Positions 31,495-42,265 of a stretch of DNA of 64,000 bases are shown here, one piece after another. The DNA lies in NCBI GenBank assembly GCA_963845185.1, contig CAWJRG010000009.1, positions 96,001 through 160,000 of the forward strand, in the 5' to 3' direction. Every line of letters begins with the position of its first letter. Position 1 is the first letter of the stretch. The notes below the pieces were generated by a model that made no database searches, was not told the DNA's origin, and saw only the letters and a list, made by a program, of their open reading frames with translations. The position numbers were made by a program, and so were the translations under genes. Source of the stretch: an uncultured bacterium (GTDB lineage: Bacteria; Oederibacteriota; PGYV01; CAWJRG01).

Positions 31495-31660
31495 AGTTTA
31501 CGAAATCATTGGAAGTAATTGCCTGCGTCATGCCCAACTGCCGGAAATAGTAAAGGAGTTGAAGCGAGCGGCACGCGGGCGATAGGCCCGAAAAGCGAGC
31601 AGGAGCGAGCGACAGTGCCGCGAGGTGAGACTACGCAGGCCCGGGTTAGGGCCGAAGGAG

Positions 31661-31678
31661 TCAACTCCCTCCGCCGCT
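31661..31678 (+). repeat. 18-bp direct duplicate of the tRNA 3' end (att-like)
   Basis: TCAACTCCCTCCGCCGCT at 31473-31490 and 31661-31678. Confidence 0.9.
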
Positions 31679-31713
31679 GGCAAATTTTTTCACGTATAAT
31701 ACGAGGGGGAAGA

Positions 31714-33126
31714 ATGAATCTTTATGAAAATGTCAAAAAGATTATAAATAATTACATTACCCCAAACGACAGGATACTTGTTTGCGTTTCAGCCGGGCCT
31801 GATTCAATGGCGCTTCTTGACATTCTTTATTCTTTCAAAGAGGCATATAAACTGTCTCTGTATGTTGCGCATTTTAACCATAAATTAAGAGGCAGGGAAA
31901 GCAAAAAAGATGAAGCTCTCGCGAGAAAAGCGGCGGCCGGTTATAAGCTGCCTTTTATCTGCGGCCGCATGGATATAAGGAAAGAAGCCAAAAGGCAAAA
32001 GGGCGGGATTGAAAAAACAGCAAGGGATGCGCGTTACAGGTTTTTTATCATGAGCGCGCGCAGATATAAAATAAATAAAATAGCCACGGCGCATACAAAA
32101 GACGACAATATTGAAACTGTCCTGTTCAGGTTTATAAACGGTTCCGGCATTTCCGGGTTAAAGGGAATCCCTGCTCAAAGAAGGATAAAGCCCGGGGATT
32201 TTGGATGCGATGATGCTTATTTAAAATATCCGGGGGTTTACATAATCAGGCCGTTGATTTCAATATATAAGAACGAACTCCTGCGGCACCTGAAAGAGAA
32301 AAAAATAAAATACAATATAGACAGGACAAATCGCGGGGTTGCATTTGCGAGAAACAGGATACGGAACAGGCTGATACCGCTGATAGAAAAGGAATATAAC
32401 AGAAATTTCAGGGAAAACCTGTCAAACGCGGCTCAAATTTTGACGGATGAAGATGAATATATGGAAGATATGGCCGGGAAACTGCTGCCGCCGGCAATAA
32501 AAAAGACGGCCGGGAAAATCCAGCTTGATAAAAAGATAAAAAGTTTCCATAAAAGCATAAGGATGCGGATTATAAAACTTGTACTTGAAAATATTTTGGC
32601 GCATAAAAGGAATATCAGCTTTAAATTGATCAGCGCAATAGACCGCCTGCTAAACAGCAGCAAAGATACTGCAGTGTCGCTGCCTGAGGGCGTCATGCTA
32701 AAAACAGGCGGAGAAAAATTAAGTTTTACCAGGAATACCGTTGCCGGCAACAAGGTGAAAAAAATATTATTATACGCCGTTGGGAAAGGAAAAAATGTAT
32801 CCGCCGGGGGTAGGAAACTGGAATTTAAAACAATAAAAACGCCGGGGAAAATCAGGTTCGGGGATAAATCAATTGCGTGGCTTGATGCTTCGAAAATCAA
32901 GTTCCCGATTTGCGTGCGGGCAAGAGAACAAGGTGATAAATTCATGCCTTTCGGGCTTGATAAAAAAGTCAGGCTTAAGAAATATTTAAACTCGCATAAG
33001 ATGAAAGGCCCTGTAATAATCGTGAAAGACAGGGAAAAAATACTGTGGCTTGCCGGCGACAGGATTGATGAACGCTGCAAAATTGATGAAAATACGCGGA
33101 AGGTTCTGAAAATTACAATAGATTAA
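31714..33126 (+). CDS. tilS: tRNA(Ile)-lysidine synthetase
   Basis: VSAGPDSMALL PP-loop, HFNHKLRG, ARDARY, TAHTKDDNIET, RNRIR and a TilS C-terminal domain; GAGGGGG RBS. Confidence 0.94.
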   Translation: MNLYENVKKIINNYITPNDRILVCVSAGPDSMALLDILYSFKEAYKLSLYVAHFNHKLRGRESKKDEALARKAAAGYKLPFICGRMDIRKEAKRQKGGIEKTARDARYRFFIMSARRYKINKIATAHTKDDNIETVLFRFINGSGISGLKGIPAQRRIKPGDFGCDDAYLKYPGVYIIRPLISIYKNELLRHLKEKKIKYNIDRTNRGVAFARNRIRNRLIPLIEKEYNRNFRENLSNAAQILTDEDEYMEDMAGKLLPPAIKKTAGKIQLDKKIKSFHKSIRMRIIKLVLENILAHKRNISFKLISAIDRLLNSSKDTAVSLPEGVMLKTGGEKLSFTRNTVAGNKVKKILLYAVGKGKNVSAGGRKLEFKTIKTPGKIRFGDKSIAWLDASKIKFPICVRAREQGDKFMPFGLDKKVRLKKYLNSHKMKGPVIIVKDREKILWLAGDRIDERCKIDENTRKVLKITID

Positions 33127-34123
33127 AAGTGATATCGGCGTAAATATAACCGCTGTTTAAGTAAGTGTTGTCGGTGTAATGGGCCCTGAGAACCTCGAAT
33201 TTTAAGCCCGCATCAATACTCTTGAATGTTTCTTTCATCGCAAATGAATACATTGCCGACAGGGCAAAATCATGCGAAAAATCATTGCTGGCCGTATTGT
33301 AACTAAAAAAATAGCTGTCATAAGTGTAAGTGAAAGTAAGAGTTAAATCCCACATTTTTTTCGACAGGCCTGTGTAAATAGTGCCATTCAAAAATTGTAT
33401 CGCTGATTTCAATGTCTGGGAGGCCTTATTTGTATTCAGCGATGTACCCGTCGCATCGACAACCTTTTGCGCGTTGAAATCATAGCTGTCCTTTGTCGCG
33501 CCAAGCCATGTATAAAAATCAAGGGGAAGGCCTGAGTTAATGCTTAAATCATTTATTGTATTGTTGAAGGATTTATCGTAAAAGGTATCGTTTATTGTAC
33601 CAGAATAACCTAGGGGCCCGGTGAAGGTAATGTTTGCTTTTGTTATAAGCTTTTCAGGGTTTCGCGACAGATAATAATCCACGGACGGGATATAATCCTC
33701 AAGGAACGGCAGGTCATAGGAAAGGCCCCCTTTAAATGTATTTGTCGTAAGAATTATTGGGACATTCACACTTGCCTTAACCGCAGTGGCGACACCTTTT
33801 ATTGTTACTGAAGTTTCAGTGACAGCTTGATAAAGCGCATAAGTCCTGGAACCGTTATAATTATAGTTAAAAGACAAGGTGAGAGGCTCTACGATATTAT
33901 AATAAATCGTTCCGCCGCCGCCAATGGACCCGTCTGCAGTGTTGGCCCTTGACGCGGACAGCGTCAGTAAATAATCAATTTCTTTTGATGCCGAATTCTT
34001 GAAAGTCAGGGTATCTATAAAGTAATGTAACGGGCCGACGCCGGCTTCTTCATCAATATAACCAGCATTAACACAAGTGAAAGTCCCTGTTACTAAAATA
34101 AGAAAAAGGATAAATTTTTTCAT
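33113..34123 (-). CDS. Hypothetical exported protein, possibly an outer-membrane beta-barrel
   Basis: AAGGAG RBS, signal peptide, amphipathic beta-strand pattern. Confidence 0.65.
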   Translation of the reverse strand: MKKFILFLILVTGTFTCVNAGYIDEEAGVGPLHYFIDTLTFKNSASKEIDYLLTLSASRANTADGSIGGGGTIYYNIVEPLTLSFNYNYNGSRTYALYQAVTETSVTIKGVATAVKASVNVPIILTTNTFKGGLSYDLPFLEDYIPSVDYYLSRNPEKLITKANITFTGPLGYSGTINDTFYDKSFNNTINDLSINSGLPLDFYTWLGATKDSYDFNAQKVVDATGTSLNTNKASQTLKSAIQFLNGTIYTGLSKKMWDLTLTFTYTYDSYFFSYNTASNDFSHDFALSAMYSFAMKETFKSIDAGLKFEVLRAHYTDNTYLNSGYIYADITFNLL

Positions 34124-34998
34124 GAATAAACTCCTTTTTAGACAAAAATATTTGTAAATCAAAAGAATTATATAGAAACAACTTAAATAAGCAATTAAAA
34201 TCTTTTATTTTTGACGTTTGGAGCGCGCGAATTGTTTACAGTATATTGCCGGGGAATTGAGTTTTGTCTTATTGCAGAGGCTTTTTTGATTCAAGAATTC
34301 AGTCGGAAAAAAGTAGAATCCGCCAATTTATTTAATTTAAAAAATTTATAAAATTTGCTCAAGTGCAAGAACTTATAAAAGATATAACAAACATATAACG
34401 TAATAATGTGCCTTTTGGCGCATTATGAAATAATTGACATAAAAATTACATTTATTTATCAATGATTTTGAGGAGGCATAGAAAATGCTTAATTATAAAA
34501 TGGGAAAAAGAAAGGCATAAAGATTAGATATGGAGAATTAAAATGAATAAAGAAAAAATTTTGGAGACAAATAATTGCAGGAAAAACAGTATTAGGGTGC
34601 CTGGGTTAATGGCTCACAAAGACAACATTATTCGGCATATGCTGTTTAAAATAAAAAACGAAAATATTTCGGGCTGGTTTTCATATTATATAAACGAAAG
34701 CCATCAGTTAAAAAATTCACAGGCTCACCTGGTTCTTACAATTATAATAAGCTTTTGCATTAGGCATTTTGTGAAGGCAATAATAAAGATTTTACACATG
34801 CCGCAGGCTGAAATGCATATTTTAACTACGCAATTAAACGCATATTGCAAGAAATACCTTTATAAATATAGCGTATTTAAAAATATTGTTAATTTTCTGC
34901 TTGATTTTATTCAAGTTTTTGTTTATGATTATTACAAAGTATATTGTTATTTGAAGTAGTTGTTTATAGTTTACTGCATACGCAGGAGGTTGTATATA

Positions 34999-37900
34999 AT
35001 GAGAAAAAAGATGACGAAATTTATCTTCTTGACTGCAATATTTATACTGTTTGCTTCGGCGATTTTCGCATTGACACCGAAAATTATAGTGGTGGCGCCA
35101 GGCGAAAGCTTTACAACAGGCTCTGGAAAATCGGGCACGCCATTACCCCAGACAGCAGGAGTATATTTTAACGTTACTGTTTACACAATAGACCAGGATA
35201 CATGGCAATATTACAATAACGGCGGTTCACAACAAGCCAGCATGACAGCATCCAACGTGAACGTAACTTTCCAGCCGCAAAGGCCGGTTATTAACCAGAC
35301 AGTTTCAAGCACGCAAGACTGCGCATATTACCCTGTAAGCACTTTGGCAAGCACAAGTATAGGTTCGTCGCAATATGTTACCATTACCAGCCAGGACGGC
35401 AGCAGCGTTGGTTACACCCCTATAACAGCCAGCAATTCTATCATACATATTTTTGACATAGCTTCTTATGCGTTTACAACAATAACAACCCAGACAGTAA
35501 CAACCCAGGCAGTAAGCAATCCTATTCAGGTTACGATAACAGCTTATGACTCAAACGGCGCCACGGTGACGTCATTTAATGGCCAGGCAAATTTAACAGC
35601 TTATTATACAGGCGGGAACGGTGATGCTACAGTTTCGCTGGGAGCCATTAATTTTACAAACGGCAAGTATATAGGTTCTTTTACCCTGGCCCAGTCAACA
35701 GCATCAGGGGAGACAGTTTACATACAATGCTCTTCAACCACTCCTCCTATCTCAAGCAATAATATCAGCAACCGCTTCTCGGTAAACCCGGGAGCTTTTT
35801 ACCAGCTTTTAATAATAGGGCCAGGACAGACATTTGCGCCGGGCAACCAGTTATTAAACGGCAGAGTCGGCGGCTCCACACAGACAAACACAGAGATGGC
35901 AGGCGTGCCTTTTTATGTTACGGTTTATGCCTGTGACGAGAACTGGAATAACATAACAGGCAATTCGAGCTGGGTTACCATGACTTCCACTGATTCGACT
36001 TACACTACATCTTCATTTGCGCTCGTAGCAGGCTTTAAAATTGTCCCAATTACTTTGGATACAGTAGGGGCGTTAGCACAGCAAAGCCTGATATCGCAAA
36101 GCATTAGCGTAACATCAAATACAGATTTTGTACCCATGACTTATAACAGCCTCGCAAGTTTTGCTTTCCAGCAAATAGGCACCCAGAGCGCAAGCCAGGC
36201 ATTCAGGGTTTCGATAACCGCGCTTGACGCTTATGGAAATACAGTCGGTAACTTTAGCAACAGCGTAAACCTTACAGCTTTAAGCGGCGGGGTAGCCATG
36301 AGTTCAGGACAATGGTCGCCGACAAGTGTTACATTCGCAAACGGGATATGGCAAGGCAATGTCATAATAAGAAGAATTTCGGTTCAGGCAACTTTGCAGG
36401 CGAGTTACAGTGGCACAACAGGAACAAGCAATATTTTTCAGGTCAACGCAGGCGTGGAGACTAAAATAGTGGTTACCGGGCCATCAACAGCAGTTGCCGG
36501 CAATCCGGTATTGATGAATGTTTATGTGTCTGACGCAAATGGGAATACAGTGGCTACAGGAGCAGGAAGCAGCGATATTATACAGATTACATCCACTGAC
36601 GCCCTTGCCACTATTGGAGGCCAGGCTTTGCCGCAATACGTGACACTTTCAGGAGGCGTCGGGTCTTTTAATATAGTCATGGGCACAGTAGGCACAGGGC
36701 CGCAGACTATCACAGGCACAGATAAGACAACGTCTCTTACTACGGGGAACGCCAACATCAGCGTGACTCCGGGCACCATGAGTTCTGTAGTATTTTCAAA
36801 CATAGGGAATCAGACAGCAGGCATTGCGGTCTCAGGCGGCATCACCATAACAACAGAAGACAAGTACGGCAATGCAACTCCGTATTCGGGGCTTTTGTAT
36901 GTTTCATCGCCTTTGACTGACTGGACAAATCCAAACGCGACGACAATATCAATAACAGCAGGCGGAAATAATAATGTATTTTTTGTCCAGCAGGAATACG
37001 CAGTAAGTTTTACAAGCCAGAGCTCGGCAGTTGTCGGATGCACATTTCACAGGGCCACTTACCCGCAATCAATAAGCATATTCGCGAGCACTCTTATTAC
37101 CGACGCTTTTTCTTCCACTCCGACAGGCCATCTTGGATGGAGCAACAGTTTCACGGTCAGCACAGGCGCCTCGTTTCAGTTGCAGGTTTTAGTGCCTGGC
37201 ATGAATGCAAGGCCTGGCACTGCCACTGGTTATTATGGACAGCCAACAGCAGAGGGAGTAAGCGTGCCTATTACAGTAACAGTGAACATGGTGGATAGCT
37301 GGTACAATATTACAAGTTCAACTGACCTTATTAGCCTCGACACAACTGACGATACTCATGCAGGGTCATCACCACCAGTGGGCCTTCCGATTTCAGGCCC
37401 GATTGGGACATACTACATATATGATGCTCAACCTAGCTCTGATTTTCAAATTATTGCAGCTGACTCTTCTCATCCTGTCACAATAGCGCAAGGCGAAACT
37501 CCATATATTACAATATTTAATATAAGCCAATTAATAGTTTCTGTTCCTACTGTCGGCACCCAGACTGTCGACCAGATGGCAGGCGTTGCTTTCTATATAA
37601 CTATAACAGCGTATTCTGCTTATCCAGTAACTGCAACCACATTTAACGGTACAGTAAATCTGGCTTCATCAACCAATTACAGCGCTTCCTTATATGTCAT
37701 AAGCCCGACTATATCAGCACAGTTTGTCAACGGTGTATGTGGCATGTGGATTACGGTTTACAAGGCAGATTCAACATACATAACCGGCAAACAAGTATTG
37801 CTGGAAGCAACACTGGGAAATGTTACAACTTACAGCAATCCTATCAATGTTGTGCCAAATGTCGGCACAAAAATAATGATTCTTGCTGACGGTATGTCAC

Positions 37901-40405
37901 CCGAACCGGGTTTATATGCTGTAGGAATCCCGGGATATGCAGGATACAGCGGTTCGCCAAATACAGAGATAGCAGGCAGGGCTTTTCCCATTGTGGTTCA
38001 AATAGTGGATGCCTATTATAACGGGGTAACCACAGTCTCAAATACAATAACTATTAATTCTACTGATACGCAGGCGCAGATAACTGATATTGGGACCCTG
38101 CCGCAAAGTAATATTCCAATAACTAATGGATACTTTACTGACGCGAACATGGTATTAAAAACAGTGGGCGCAAACGGGTTTCAGACCATTACAGTTCAAG
38201 ATTCAAATGTCAGCATTGGCTCAAACACAACGCCGAATATATATTTGCAGCACGCCGCACTGGCAGGATTTACAGTAGCGGCGCCGCCAGGCCCAATACT
38301 TGCGGGACAGTCTTTTAATATTAATGTAACAGCGGTTGACGCTTACGGCAATACTCTGGACAATGGCCAGGGCGCTACAGCATTTCCTGCCAATGACCCG
38401 GTAACCCTGAACGCTATTACCGGCGCAAATACCATATATCCGCTGCAGACATTTCTTTCAAACGGCACGATACAGGTACTCGTTACATTGTATGCATCAG
38501 GCTTGGATACAATTACAGCAAGCTGGGGAGGCAAATCCGGCACGAGTTTAGGGACTCAAATAAATGCGAATGTTTTCTATAGGCTGTGGATTGAAGGACT
38601 TGGAATGGCGCAAAATCCCGGAGTTTATTCTTTCGTGCCCCCGAGCGCTTATGGTTATAGTGATTTTTTAATGTATATTGGCATGCCTGTAACACGGTCA
38701 GTAAACGACAACAGTAATTCACCAAGCGGGTGGCCTTTTGAAGTTTACGCTGTTGATGAATATGGAAACCTGACAACTACAGGTGCTGATAATATACAAC
38801 TTATAACAAACGACCCTTACGCAATACCTGTGACAATCACGCCGATATCAGGAGACGTGGCGCCATTTCTCGTTATTTTTCATACTGCAATGGCAGGTGT
38901 AAGCGTTTCGGCAATTGATTTGAGCAATCCGGCAATCCTAGGATTTACAACTCCGGGATTCCCGACTACAGCCGGAGCTCCTTACGGCTTGCAGATAGTG
39001 CCCCCGGGAGAATATGTCTTGGCAGGCTCAGGCGGCATAGGAGCATATGGACTATGGAACAACGGCGTAACAGGCGTGGCAGATGCCCAGATTACCGGCA
39101 CTTATTTCCCTGTGTCAGTGCTGGCGTGTGACCAATTCGGCAATTTTACGTCAGGGGATAATAATGACGTTGTAGAAGTTACATGTACTGATTTATCACC
39201 TGCGATTCCAAATACAGGCACTCCTTTATTCGTTACTGTGGAGGCAGGCATCACAACATTTACAGCAAGGCTTATAACAGCTCACAGTTCACAGGTCATA
39301 ACTCTGGATGATTATACAAACAGCGTCACCATGAATCACAATCCGCTGTCGTTCGCATCCATAAGGGTTATTCAAAGCAGCGATTTAGTTTACAAAATAA
39401 TAGTAAATGGCGTATCAAATGTAACAGGAACAGAATCCGTGACTGTGACTGCTTATCCCGCGACTTTTAATGTGGAAGTTGAGCTGGTGGATGGAGTATC
39501 AGGCTTGCCGGTATCAGGCCTAAATGATGCCTTCGGGTTATATCCGGTGCTTGCTTCAAACTTAAACGCGCAAGGGCATGGCACTCTTGGAGTACAATTA
39601 GGCCAATTCCCACCGGGATTCCAGGGTGCAGTATGGCAGATAACAGGAACAGCAGGGGAAACATATACTGACTCTGAATCTATAAGGATATTTGTATCAG
39701 ACCAGACTAATACAAATGTGGATTCAGCATATTCGTGCAAGATAATTGTCGGAGCAAACCCGGCTACAGCCACGTTTACCCTGACAGCCAATCCGCCAAA
39801 TATCAGGGCAAATACTTCTTCGGTTATAAGCGCGCACCTTGTGGACGGAAACGGGAACCCGATAGTAGGCCAGACAGTTAACTTTTACATTTCGCAGGGC
39901 ACAGGCTCTCTGTCAACGTCCACGGCAAGTACGACAGCCCAGTACGGCGGCGGTTACCAGGACGCTTTCGGTTGACTTTATAGGATCTTTTGTAAACGGC
40001 AAGACTTCGGTTGTAGGATGGTTCCCCACATCAGCCGGGCCAAAATATGAAACAGTGACCGTGTCTGTATCACTTGTGGACCCGATAGACGGGGTTGTGT
40101 CGAATTATCCAAACCCGTTCAGGGCAGGTTTTGAATCCACAAATATTTCCTGGCTCATGACCACGCCAAACGACGTGAGCGTAAATATATATAATTTATT
40201 CGGAGACCTTGTGTACAAGACCTCGCTGACAAAACAGCAGGTGGACTCGCTCATACAAAATGAAGGGAATGTGGTTACCATACAATGGAACGGCAAGAAC
40301 AACAGGGGCCAGGTCGTGGGCAACGGCGGTTATATACTCATAGTGAATACGATAATAGACGGCCTGCCCAAGAAAATGGCCAGGAAGATAGCGGTGGCGA
40401 AATGA
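34999..40405 (+). CDS. Giant (~1800 aa) secreted Ig-like-repeat surface protein with invasin-like Big_1 and T9SS-A/FlgD-Ig C-terminal domain; 1-bp insertion at ~39960
   Basis: AGGAGGT RBS, signal peptide, repeated 'AG..F.VTV.A.D..GN' Ig-like units. Removing one G joins YQ-TLSVDFIG... to the ORF 40055..40405 (NYPNPF...KIAVAK). Confidence 0.85.
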
Positions 40406-40413
40406 TAATAATA

Positions 40414-40481
40414 AGTTTCCGGTTAACGGTTTAGAGTTTCCGGTCAAAGAGACAGTGAATAGGGAACTGGAAACTGGAAAC
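40414..40481. repeat. Short heptamer repeats in inverted arrangement
   Basis: AGTTTCCGG twice, then GGAACTGGAAACTGGAAAC. Confidence 0.55.
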
Positions 40482-40503
40482 ATAATATGAAGGAGGAAGA
40501 TAA

Positions 40504-41750
40504 ATGAAAAGATTACTGGCTGTAACAGCAGCAATATTGATACTGACAACCTTTGCTTTCGCGGCAGGGGATTACGGCACGCCGGGCGAGTTTCTGAACT
40601 GGGGCGCAGGCGCAAGGGCGCTGGGCATGGGTAGGGCATTTACCGGCCTGGCCGATGACGTGGCTGCCATTTATTATAACCCGGCAGGACTGGCGCAGCA
40701 AAACCCTTTCCAGATTTCGCTTATGCATGTGACTTTGTTTTACGACACCATGTACGATTTCGCCGCGGCGAGTTACCCGGTTTCAGGCATAGGGACTTTT
40801 GGCCTGGCTTACATAAGGCTCGGTCCACGAATTTTGACGGCAGGGATGAGAACTGGAACTCAACAGGCACCAACCAGTCAATATCAGACCAGGCCGTGAT
40901 ACTCTGCTACGCCAAGGACGTGCTTTCAAATTTAAGCGTGGGCATAAACCTGAAAGTGGTAAATGAAAGTGTTTTCAGTTACAGCGGCGCAGGGTTTGGA
41001 GCGGATATTGGCCTGCTTTTTTACCCGAACGAATACATAAATATCGGCCTTGACGTAATGAACGCGGTGCCGACTTCAATCAAGCTGCAGGACCAGGCTG
41101 AGGTACTGCCGCTTACAATAAAAGCCGGCATAGCATTGAAACTGCTGGGCGAGAGGATAATCCCGGTGGTGGATGTCCAGAAGGAAATGGATAATAAGGA
41201 TGTAAAGTTCATGTTCGGGCTCGAGGGATACCCGGCCCAGTTTATGGCCCTGCGCATAGGAATGGACGAGACCGAGCAGCTTACCGTGGGCGCAGGGGTA
41301 AATTTCATGAAATATTATAAAATCGACTACTCGTTTTCATCGGAAGCGCTCGGATATTCGCACAGGCTTTCGCTTACGATGGCTTTTGGAGGGTTTGACG
41401 TGAACCTGGCCGCGGACCCGAAGATATTCTCGCCTGTGGGAATAAGAAAGATAACTACCATTTCCATATACGCCATGACCAAATATGAAATCACGGAATG
41501 GGAGCTGGATGTAATAAACGAGGACGGCGACGTCGTGAGGACATACAGCGGCGAGGAAAAACCGCCTGCTTCGGTCATGTGGGACGGCAAGGACGACAGG
41601 GGGCTGCCTGTAGGCGACGGCGAGTATGTATGCCAGATGAAAGTCAAGGATAAGAACGGGAAAGAAATCAAGTCAAACGACGAAAAGGTAAAAGTGTCAA
41701 GCGCCCTGCCAATGCAGCCGGGCAACCTGGAAATACAGCAGGAGCAGTAA
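40504..41750 (+). CDS. PorV/PorQ-like barrel with C-terminal FlgD-Ig-like domain; 1-bp deletion at ~40823
   Basis: FLNWGAGARALGMGRAFTGLADDVAAIYYNPAGL; IDYSF...HRLSL; WDGKDDRG..VGDGEY. Confidence 0.85.
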
Positions 41751-41775
41751 ATAATAAAAAACCGTGTTTATAAAG

Positions 41776-41806
41776 AATTCCTCTCCCAAACAAGGGGAGA
41801 GGAATT
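41776..41806. terminator. Hairpin after the PorV-like gene (terminator or REP-like)
   Basis: AATTCCTCTCCC-AAACAAG-GGGAGAGGAATT. Confidence 0.55.
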
Positions 41807-41815
41807 GTTATTAAC

Positions 41816-41845
41816 TTGAAACCATAATATAGTTCATTGTATAAT
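41816..41845 (+). promoter_or_regulatory. Candidate sigma70 promoter upstream of the repeat array and TPR-exbB operon
   Basis: TTGAAA-18 bp-TATAAT. Confidence 0.45.
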
Positions 41846-41907
41846 AGGGTATATAAAAATAACCGGAACAAAAAGAAACAAACGGTATCTTAATGAATAA
41901 GAAGATT

Positions 41908-42250
41908 ATACCGCTTGTTCTCGGCCTGGCGGCCTCGAACTTGAGCGGCTTGACAGAGTTTGATTTTGCAAGTGTCAACAGCGAAGCAAAATCATTACTC
42001 TGACAAGTCCATGCGAAGCATGGAGTATAAATAATAAATGATGACTAACACCGCTTGTCCTCGGCTAAGAGCCTCGGACTGGAGCGGGTGTAAGATTTCG
42101 TAATACTTTGCCTGCGCCTGTTGACGGCTTGGCAAAGTAAACGCTTGGTTAATACCGCTTGTTCTCGGCCTTGTGGCCTCGAACTTGAGCGGGTATAAGA
42201 TAGCGTAATATTTTGTCGTCGTTTTTGGCTTGACAAAATAAACGCTATCT
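41908..42250 (+). repeat. Structured intergenic repeat family, copies 3-5 (41908-42028, 42048-42147, 42152-42250)
   Basis: Three ACCGCTTGTYCTC...TCGRACTKGAGCGG heads, each followed by a long hairpin. Confidence 0.9.
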
Positions 42251-42265
42251 AAAAAGGAGAAGGAT

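Noticed and set aside
31519..31713. 65-aa N-terminal extension of TilS
   Set aside because: It is read-through of the structured tRNA-adjacent element; the likely start is ATG 31714 with an RBS.
34543..34959. 138-aa ORF in the AT-rich intergenic region
   Set aside because: No recognisable motif and atypical composition; probably promoter region of the giant gene, though not fully excluded.
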